From the NCBI RefSeq assembly GCF_035084215.1, contig NC_090327.1, positions 2,356,001-2,420,000 on the forward strand: a DNA stretch of 64,000 nt, given 5' to 3'. The translations under genes were made by a program, and so were the position numbers. Position 1 is the first letter of the stretch. Every line of letters starts with the position of its first letter. The notes beneath the pieces are model-generated. The model was not told where the DNA came from. It did no database searches and saw only the letters and a list, made by a program, of their open reading frames with translations. Source of the stretch: Heptranchias perlo. Lineage: Eukaryota. Of this stretch, positions 54,228-64,000 are shown one piece after another.

Positions 54228-57200
54228 ATAAGACCATGAGAGATAGGAGCAGGAGTAGGCCATTCGGCCTCTCGAGCCTGCTCTGCCATTCAATGAGATC
54301 ATGGCTGATCTGATTTTTACCTCAACTCCACTTTCCTGCCTTTTCCCCATATCCTTTGACTCCCTTGCTGATCAAAAATTTGTCTAACTCAGCCTTGAAT
54401 GTATTCAATGACTCGGCCTCCGCAGCTTTTTGGGGTAAAGAATTCCAAAGATTCACGACCCTCTGGGAGAAGAAATTCCTCCTCATTTCCGTCTTAAACG
54501 GGCGACCCCTTATTCTGAGACTATGCCCCCTAGTTTTAGGTTCCCCCATGAGGGGTAACACCCTCTCAGCATCTACCCTATCGAGTCCCCTCAGAATCTT
54601 GTATGTTTCAATAAGATCTCCTCTCATTCTTCTAAATTCCAATGAGTATAGACCCAACCTGTTCAATCTTTCCTCAAAAGACAACCCTTCCATACCCGGA
54701 ATCAACCGAGTGAATCTTCTCTGAACTGCCTCCAATGCAAGTATGTCCTTCCTTAAATAAGGGCACCAGAACTGTACGCAGTACTCCAGGTGTGGTCTCA
54801 CCAGCACCCTGTACAGTTTTAGCATGACTTCCCTGCTTTTATACCCCATCCCCTAGAAATAAAGGCCAATATTCCGTTTGCCTTCTGGATTACCTGCTGC
54901 ACCTGTATGTTGACTTTTTGTGTTTCATGTACGAGGACACCCAGATCCCTCTGTACCGCAGCATTTTGTAGTATTTCTCCATTCAAATAATATTTTGCTT
55001 TTTTATTTTTCCTCCCAAAGTGGATGATTCACATTTTCCCACATTATATTCCATCGGCCAAATTTTTGCCCATTCGCCTAACCTGTCAATATCCCTTTGC
55101 AGACACATTGGGCCCGATATTACCAGGGAGGCAGGAAGGCAGCGTGGGTAACCCGCCCAGTGAAATCCTTCCATTGCCCACGTGATCGCGGGTAAATTGA
55201 AGCCACTTACCGTGGCTTCCGGGCTTCCCGTCGTCAACCTGCGCAGCGTGCGGTCTGCGCACCCGCGTCACAGGCTGTCAGCTAGAGGACCCCTATTTAA
55301 AGAGGCAGTCCTCCAATGACTGATCCTGCAGCAAACAATGACACAGGACCATGGAGCAGACCAGGGTAAAGGCTGCTCCCAGGTTTAATGATGCCTCATT
55401 CCAGGTCTTACTGGATGGGGTGAGGAGGAGGAGGGAGATCTTGTACCCGGTGGACGGGAGGAAGTGGCCTGTCTCTGCCACCAACAAGGCCTGGCTCGAG
55501 GTGGCAGAGGAGGTCACCAGCAGCAGCAACGTCTCCCGCACCTGGATCCAGTGCAGGAAACGCTTCAATGACCTAACTAGGTCAGTCAAAGTGAGTACAC
55601 TTACTCATTCTCCTACACTCCATCTTCCACATCACCGCCCCCACCCCACAACTCCTTCTGCACTGTCAACACTACTCTATCACATCACTCCTCACACCCA
55701 CTCAAACCTCATCCTCATCTTACCTGCACTTCCTCACCTCCCCAGTACTCATCCCACCACTACCACTCAACCCACTCCTCATACAATCTCATGGCTCTGT
55801 CTCATTCTCACCCTCTGATGCATCTCTTTCACGGTCAGCCTCACCCAAACCAATGCATTCAGCGGTTGGCCACGTCACCATCACTCACTCACGCCTCTCT
55901 ACTTTCTCCCCTTATAGGAGAAGAGAGCCCAGAATGCACGGGAGAGGGCGAAGACCAGAGGGGGGGGCCGCAAGATCAGACCGTCCTCTCGGACGCGGAT
56001 CAGGAGGCTCTCGAATTGAGTCGCACCCTCGAGTGCCTGTCTGTGGGGGATGCCGAGACTGCCACCCGACAAACGGCTGGTGACAGATCTTTAACATTCA
56101 GCACTCACAATAACAAATGATGTTAACATGCCTTGCCATCTTCAGCACCTCAACATCCGTCATCATGCTTGATATTGCCTTCTGTTCTTTTACAGGGCCT
56201 TTAGCGACCGCCGTGACGGCGGAGGGAGATTCCTCAGAGGACCTGCCGGCCTCTGAGGGGGCACCGTCACATCTGAGCGAGCCATCCACCAGCGCAGATA
56301 CACACTCCTCGGTGGGTCCCCGTCCTAAGTTAGTTGGGGTCACACATGGTGAGTCACCACACACACGTGAGCACGAGCAGACACTGGTGGCAGGGGCAGC
56401 TGTGGAGAGTCCGTGTCGGTGGGAGCACTCTTCCCCAGGCTCTGCTCAGCTGGACACAGATGCTGAACCCTGGGGGCCATCCTTTAAAAGGAGAATGATC
56501 GAGGGGCAGCAGCACATTTGCGAGGTGCTGGAACAGGTGCCACGCGCACTCTCCACAATCGCACAGAGGATGGAGGAGTCCAACTCCTGCATCAGTGGAA
56601 TAGTGGCACAGGTACAGGAGGGAATCTCTGAGATACTGTCACAGGGACGTGAGGGCATCTCTGAGATAGTGTCGCGGGTAAGTGCGGGAATGTCTGTGAT
56701 GGAGAGAAGGCTAGCCTCCATCGAGCTCCAACAATGAGTCCATTGAGGCCCTGACAATGGTCCTTCAGACTCAAGGTGAGCAACTTTCTGCCTCCATAAA
56801 CAGGCAGGCAGATACTCTGGCACTGGCCTTACAAGGCTTCACACATCCTCCAAACTGTCGTCCAGCAGAGTGGTAGGAGTGATGTGGGCCTGGCCCAGGG
56901 GAGGGAAGATGGCGAAAGGGGTTATGGAAGTGGGGACGCCACTCAAAGCGCTCCCACGTCTCACCCGTTGCCCCCCTCTGAACCAGTACCCGCAATGCTG
57001 CCTCCTCTCCGGGTGGCCGAGTCTGCCCCTGCACAGGTGCAGGTGGAGCAGTCTTTGGAGGGGCCCTCACGAGCACCGAAACCCAGAGGGTGTAGACCCA
57101 AAGCATCTAATCGGTCAGGGCATGACCAAGAGCAACCTGCCACTACCTCTGCTGCAGCCACAGGGGATGCACCACGTAGGAGTAGTCGGAAGTGAAAGGC

Positions 57201-58675
57201 AAAGGTTTTGTGAACACAAAAGGGATGCACAAGGGTGTTTGACGGTTTGTCATATTTTTTATTTATATTTCGTTTTTGTTCAACTCACATTAAATATTAT
57301 TATTGTCACCACTACTGCCACGTCTTGGCCATTCTTGACTGGCTTGTGTAATAAGTCCCTTTCATGAGGTTCACCATGAACACCCACACTTGATGCCACC
57401 CATTGGGTCACCCTACAGTGGGTGTGTGTGTAGTTGCGGGACTATTTTGTGCAGGTGCCTGTGGTGCAGCACTGTGTTGTGGAGCTCCACGTGGCGGAGG
57501 TGGACGGCGTGCCTGGCGAGGCCGGTGATGTTGTTCGTCCTCGGATGAATTGATGAATGCAGCTATGGCGACCCCCATCCTGATGGTGTGAGTTTGAGGG
57601 GGTCCGCAAAGTAGGTAAATGTGTTTGCACAGCAGAGTTTAGGGTATAAATTAATAATTTTGAGTGGAAAGACAAAGGTGTTGCAGCCAAAACTTTGTCT
57701 GAAGTGACAGATTGCCCTAAATGAGGTTTTCCCCCCAACTGTCAAATAATCCTTTGCATCTCCCACTGGCTGCTGGCTGAAACACGTCTGCTCCAACAGG
57801 GAGTGTTTCCCACAGCACGGGAAACACGCTGAGGATCCTTCAAAATTGCACCCCTGCCGAAATCTCCACTCAATGAGTTCTCTCAAGTACCTCAACTGGG
57901 TAAATAAGTATCTAAATTATCATCCCGCCGGCTTTAATTCCTTCATCCAAGTCATTGATATATATTGTAAATAGTTGAGGCCCCATTACTGAGCCCTGCG
58001 ACACCCCACTAGTTACAGATTGCCATTTTGAAAATGACCCTTTCATCCCGACTCTTTGTTTTCTGTTAGTTAGCCAATCCTCTATCCATGCCAGTATATC
58101 TCCCCCAACACCATGAGCTCTTACCTTGTGCAGTAATCTTTTATTTGGCACCTTATCGAATGCCTTTTGGAAATCCAAATATACTGCATCCATTGGTTCC
58201 CCTTTATCCACCCTGCCTGTTACTTCCACAAAGAACTCTCTAATAAATTTGTCAGACATGATTTCCCCTTCATAAAACCATGTTGACTCTCCTTGATTGT
58301 ATTATGAGTCTCCAAATGTCCTGCTACTACTTCCTTAATAATGGATTCTATCATTTTCCCAATGACAGATGTTAGGCTAACTGGTCTATCGTTTCCTGCT
58401 TTCTGTCTCACTCCCTTCTTGAATAGGGGTGTTATGTTTGCAGTTTTCCAATCCGCTGGGACCTTTCCAGAATCTAGTGAATTCTGGAAGATTACAACCA
58501 ATGCATCCACTATCTCTGTAGCTACTTCCTTTAAGACCCTTGGATGCAAGTCATCAGGTCCAGGGGACTTGTCAGCCTTTAGACCCATTAGTTTACCAAG
58601 TACTTTTTCTCTAGTGATAGTGATTGTTTTTAGTTCCTCTCTCCCCTTTGCCCCTTGATTTTCCATTATTATTGG
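54228..58675 (-). mobile_element. CR1 LINE ORF2 3' half, interrupted by the unit 4 Harbinger (55110-57939)
   Basis: ORFs 54322-54849, 57912-58259 and 58220-58723 give consecutive RT segments; tail near 54228. Confidence 0.9.
55110..57939. mobile_element. PIF/Harbinger element, unit 4, right TIR deleted
   Basis: Left TIR GGGCCCGATATT; Myb exon 1 open (55351); joins CR1 at GGCTTTAATTC|CTTCATCC. Confidence 0.85.
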
Positions 58676-58676
58676 T

Positions 58677-59737
58677 ATGCTGAATTCCAGAGGTGAGGTG
58701 AGAGTGACTGCCCTTGACATCAAGGCAGCATTTAACCGAGTGTGGCACGAAGGAGCCCTAGTAAAATTGAAGTCAATGGGAATCAGGGGGAAAACTCTCC
58801 AGTGGCTGGAGTCATACCTAACACAAAGGACGATGGTAGTGGTTGTTGGAGGCCAATCATCTCAGCCCCAGCGCATTGCTGCAGGGGTTCCTCAGGGCAG
58901 TGTCCTCGGCCCAACCATCTTCAGCTGCTTCATCAATGACCTTCCCTCCATCATAAGGTCAGAAATGGGGATGTTCGCTGATGATTGCACAGTGTTCAGT
59001 TCCATTCGCAACCCCTCAAATAATGAAGCAGTCCGAGCCTGCATGCAGCAAGACCTGGACAACATCCAGGCTAGGGCTCATAAGTGGCAAGTAACATTCG
59101 CACCAGATAAGTGCCAGGCAATGACCATCTCCAACAAGAGAGAGTCTAACCACCTCCCCTTGACATTCAACGGCATTTCAATCGCCGAATCCCCCACCAT
59201 CAACATCCTGGGGGTCACCTTTGACCGGAAACTTAACTGGACCAGCCACATAAATACTGTGGCTACGAGAGCAGGTCAGAGGCTGGGTATTCTGTGGCGA
59301 GTGACTCACCTCCTGACTCCCCAAAGCCTTTCCACCATCTACAAGGCACAAGTCAGGAGTGTGATGGAATACTCTCCACTTGCTTGGATGAGTGCAGCTC
59401 CAAAAACACTCAAGAAGCTCGACACCATCCAAGATAAAGCAGCCCGCTTGATTGGCACCCCATCCACCACCCTAAACATTCACTCCCTTCACCACCGGCG
59501 CACAGTGGCTGCAGTGTGTACCATCCACAGGATGCACTGTAGCAACTCGCCAAGGCTTCTTCGACAGCACCTCCAAAACCCGCGACCTCTACCACCTAGA
59601 AGGACAAGAGCAGCAGGCACATGGGAACACCACCACCTGCACGTTCCCCTCCAAGTCACACACCATCCCGACTTGGAAATTAATCGCCGTTCCTTCATCG
59701 TCGCTGGGTCAAAATCCTGGAACTCCCTTCCTAACAG
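58677..59737 (+). mobile_element. Non-LTR retrotransposon RT fragment (CR1/L2-group, distinct family)
   Basis: [23 protein letters not shown] and MEYSPLAW motifs in ORF 58677-59852. Confidence 0.92.
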
Positions 59738-62700
59738 TTTTGTGACATCTGCAAACTTTGAAATTATCCCCTATATACCCAAGTCCAGGTCATTAATATA
59801 TATCAAAAAGAGCAGTGGTCCTAATACTGACCCCTGGGGAACACCACTGTAAACTTCCCTCCCGTCTGAAAAACAACCGATCACCACTACCCTCTGCTTT
59901 CTGTCCCCGAGCTAATTTCCTATCCACGCTGTCACTGTCCCTTTAATCTCATGGGTTTTAATTTTGCTAACAAGCCTATCATGTGGCACTTTATCAAATG
60001 CCTTTTGAAAGTCCATATACACATCAACCGCACTACCCTCATCAACCCTCTCCGTTACTTCATCAAAGAACTCAAATCAAGTTAATCAAACACAATTTTC
60101 CTTTAACAAATCCGAGCTGATTTTCATTTATTAGCCCAGACTTTTCCAAGTGCCAATGAGGATTGGAAGATTGTGGCCAGAGCCTCCGCAATTTCCACCC
60201 TTACTTCCCTCAGTAACCCGGGATGCATCTCATCCGGACTTTTCTATTTTGAGTACTGCCAATTTTTTAAGTACCTCCTCTTTATCTATTTTTATCCTCT
60301 CCGATATCGCTACGACCTCCTCCTTTACTGCTACAATGGCAGCATCCTCTTCTCTAGTGAAGACAGATGTGAAATATTCATTTAGTGCCTCAGCCAAGCC
60401 CTCAGCCTCCTCAAGAGGATCTCCTTCCTTTTTTGACCCTACTCGGTCCCACACTTCCTTTGACTATCCTTTTACTATTTATATGTTTATAAAAGACTTT
60501 TGAGTTCCTCTTTATGTTGGCCACTAATCTATTCTCATACTCTCTCTCTGTGCCCCTCTTATTCCCTTTAAGATCTCCTTGGTACTTTCTGTATTCAGCC
60601 TGGTTCTCTACTGTATTATAAGCCTTACATAGGCCTCCTTTTTCTATTGCATTTTAATCTCTATCTTTAGTCATCCAGGGAGCTCTAGCTTTGGATGCCC
60701 TTCCTTTCCCCCTCATAGGGGAAGAGTCTACTCTGTACCCGAACCAACTCCTCCTTAAAGCCTCCCATTGTTCAATTACTGTTTTGACTTCCAATTTTAG
60801 ATTCCAATCCACCTGGGCAAGATCCCTTTTTAAACTCACTGAAATTTGCCCTCCTCCAGTTAAGTATTTTCACATTTGATTGTTCCTTGTCCTTTTCCAC
60901 AACTATTCTAAACCTAATGATATGATGATCACTGTTTCCCAAATGCCCCCCCACCGAAACATGCTCCAACTGCCCCACTTCATTCCCCAGAACTAGATCC
61001 AGCACTGTTTCCTTCCCAGTTGGGCTGGAAACACATGGGGCCTGATTTTGCCAGGGGTGCGGGTTCCCGGCGGGTGGGCAAGCAGGCGCGTGGGTAACGC
61101 GCCCGGTGAAATTAGTGGGTTTCCCGCGCGATCATAGCAGGCAACGCACTAATTGGATCCACTTACCTGGTCCTCCGGGTTCCCCGCTGCTGATCTGCGC
61201 GTCGGGCGGGCTGCGCATGCGCAGTAAGATCTGTCAGCTGGAGGCGCTCAATTTAAAGGGGCAGTCCTCCACTGACAGATGCTGCAAGAAATAGCAAAGA
61301 TGACTGCATGGAGCAGCCCAGGGGGACGGCTGCTCCCAGTTTAATGATCCCTCACCCCAGGTATCAATACATGGGGTGAGGAGGAGGGGGAGGACAGAGA
61401 TCTTCCACCCGGCGGGCGGGAGGAAGCGGCCTGCCTCTGCCACCAGGAAGGCCTGGCTCGAGGTGGCAGAGGGGGTCACCTGCACCATCAACATATCGCC
61501 CACCTGCATACAGTGCAGGAGGCGCTCCAATGACCTCAGTAGGTCAGCCACGGTGAGTACACGTAGTCTTTCCCCTACATTCCGTCTGCCACATCACTGC
61601 CCCCACCCCACATCTCCTTCGGCACTGCCAACACTACTCTGTCACATCACCCCTCACACCCACTCAAACCCCATCCTCATCCTCATCTTACCTGCACTTA
61701 CTCACCTCGCCAGTACTCATCCCGCCACTACCACTCAACCCAATCCTCATACAATCTCATGGCTCTATCCCATACTCACCCTCTCGTGCATCTCTCTCAC
61801 GGTCAGCCTCACTCAACCTGCCACCACCTGTGCTGCAGCCACAGGGCATGCATCACATACGTGCAGTAGGCAGCGTAAGGCAAACGTGTCGTGAGCATGA
61901 AGGGGATGCACAAGGGTGTTTGAGGGTTTGTCATGGTTGTTACTTCTATTGAATTTCAGAACAACTCACATCACACATTATATTGGCACCACTACTGCCA
62001 TGTCTTCGCGAATCCTGTCCGGTTTGTGCAATAAAGCCCGCTCCTCGGTATCACTATGAGGACCCACCACTGATGCCACCCATTGTGTCACTACAGAGTG
62101 GTTGTAGGTGTATTTGCAGGGCTCTTCTGCGCAGACGACTGAGAGACATCAGCGATGTCCCCAGTGGCACCCTGGAAGGCTGTGGAGGAGAAGTTCGGGA
62201 GGGCAGTGGTGACTTTGACACCGACAGGTAGGAAGATGGTGCACGGGCCAGCCAGGAGCAGCTGGGCATGAAAGAGGCTGCAGATGTCCACGGCTACATG
62301 TCGAGTGACTCTGAGCCTCCGTGTGCACTGCTGCTCAGAGAGGTCCAGGAGGCTGAGCCTCGGTCTGTGGAACCTGTGGCGAGGGTAGTGCCCTCTGCGA
62401 CGCATCTCTCTCTGCGGTAGCCCTCCCTCCTGCTGTACAGGTGGATGTGTCACAGCACTGTGTTGTGGAGCTCCATGTGTCAGAGGTGGACGGCGTGGAT
62501 GGCGAGGCTGGTGAGGCTGGTGATGCTGTTCGCCCTCTGAGGAGGTCATGACTGCAGCTACGGTGGCCCCCATCCGCAAGATGTACATCTGAGGGGGTCC
62601 GCAAGGTAGGTACATGTCTCCGGACCCCGGGGTAAGTGTGCTGGTTGGTGACTTTGACCATCAGGAGGAGGGTGGTGGGGGCCAAACTTTGTCCCAAGTG

Positions 62701-64000
62701 ACAGAGTGGCCTCCTGCAATGGGTGAGGGTCTCCCCCCCTCCACCTGTCAAATGGACCTTTGCAGCTGCCACAGGCTGACGGCTGCAACACGTCCATTCG
62801 AGCTGGGAGTGTTTCCCCCAGTGTGGGAAACAGTCCCATGTTGCTCAAAAATCACACACAGTCCCTTAATCAGGTCAGTTAATGACCTGAAATAGCAAAG
62901 TAAATAGCGTCAAGTGGAACCCCGCTGGCTTTAATTGCCTGCGGGATTCCCACCAGCGGGGGCTGCGCGCGCACGCCGGCGCGTCAGCGGGGAACCCAGA
63001 AGTGGGCGGGATCGAGGCGCGATCCGGTCCCGCTCCTGGATTTCGCAATTTTCGAGGCCCCCCCGCCGAGAGCGGGTGCTAAAATCGGGCCCACTGTTCC
63101 AGGAAGTTCTCTTGAGCACATTTCAGGAATTCCTCCCCCTCTTTGCCATTTACACTGTTACTGTCCCAGTCTATATTGGAATAACTGAAGTCCCCCATTA
63201 TCGCTACTCTATAGTTCTTGCATCTTTCTGTAATTGGCCTGCAAATTTGCTCCTCTATCTCCTTCCCACTATTTGGTGGCCTATAATATATACCCAGTTG
63301 CGTAATAGCTCCTCTATTGTTCCTTAATTCTAACCAAATGGATCCAGTCTTTGACCCCCAACCACATCATCCCTTTCCAGTGCTATAATAGTTTCTTTGA
63401 TCAATAATGCCCCCTTTTCTTTCCGTCCCTTTCTTTCCTGAATACCTTGCAGCCAGGAATATTAAGTACCCAATCCTCCCCTTCTTTGAGCCAGGTCTCT
63501 GTTATTGCCACTATATCATAGTCCCATGTGGCGACTTGAGTTTGCAGCTCACCAACCTTATTTACCACACTATGTGATTTACACACATGCACTCCAATCT
63601 CATTTTAGACTGCCTCGCATTCGTTCCCTGCCTGATCCCTCCTATTTCTGAACTATTCTTTACTCTAGTGCTACTTGTCCTCCCAGTCCTCTGTGCTCCT
63701 CGCTAACGTTTCCTCCTGGTGCCCATCACCCTGCCAAATTAGTTTAAATCGTCCCCCACAGCACTAGTTAACCTCCCCGTGAGGACATTGGTCCCAGCTC
63801 TGTTGAGGTGCAACCCGTCCATCTTGAACAGGTCCCTCCTGCCCCAGAACTGGTCCCAATGCCCCAGGAATCTGAAGCCCTCCCTCCTGCACCGTTGCTC
63901 CAACCACACATTAACCTGTCTTATCCCACTATTCCTATACTCACTAGCGCGTAGCACTGGGAGTAATCCAGAGATTATGATCCACGATAAGAGAAAACAT
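59738..64000 (-). mobile_element. Decayed CR1 LINE (ORF1 esterase end, EN, part of RT), interrupted by a Harbinger at 61038-63092
   Basis: DGLHLNRAG (SGNH-type ORF1), [18 protein letters not shown]...SDH and [10 protein letters not shown] fragments. Confidence 0.9.
61038..63092. mobile_element. Second PIF/Harbinger element (related subfamily, internally deleted)
   Basis: TIRs GGGCCTGATTTT / AAAATCGGGCCC; Myb exon 1 remnant on + (KAWLEVAEGV...IQCRRRSNDL); HARBI1-like transposase N-terminus on minus, 62091-62575 (LDLSEQQCTRRLR...VKVTTAL...FQGATGDI); target duplication unclear. Confidence 0.85.

Overview
Eukaryotic, repeat-dense DNA. The SINE, CR1 and Penelope families suggest a cartilaginous fish (inference). 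Most of the window (about 4329-57997) is a direct tandem array of four segmental-duplication units of about 14.2, 16.9, 12.7 and 9.8 kb. Each unit carries an intact minus-strand, intron-poor cytoplasmic-type actin gene (376 aa, N-terminus MADDE), a CCAAT/CArG promoter with a variable 34-bp repeat, and a decayed PIF/Harbinger transposon. In units 1-3, head-to-head with the actin promoter, a fragment of a PUR-family gene (PURA/PURB repeat III) is fused in frame to a CR1 LINE ORF2 (endonuclease plus reverse transcriptase) and is followed by a 522-bp inverted duplication. This ORF is uninterrupted in unit 1 (971 codons) and broken in units 2 and 3; unit 4 keeps the pre-insertion allele. The flanks contain SINEs, a SINE-derived minisatellite/palindrome, nested CR1/L2-type LINEs and a second Harbinger. 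Penelope-derived palindromes with hammerhead-like relics lie inside units 2-4. No CRISPR, rRNA or true tRNA genes were seen. All alignments were done by eye, so element boundaries are approximate.
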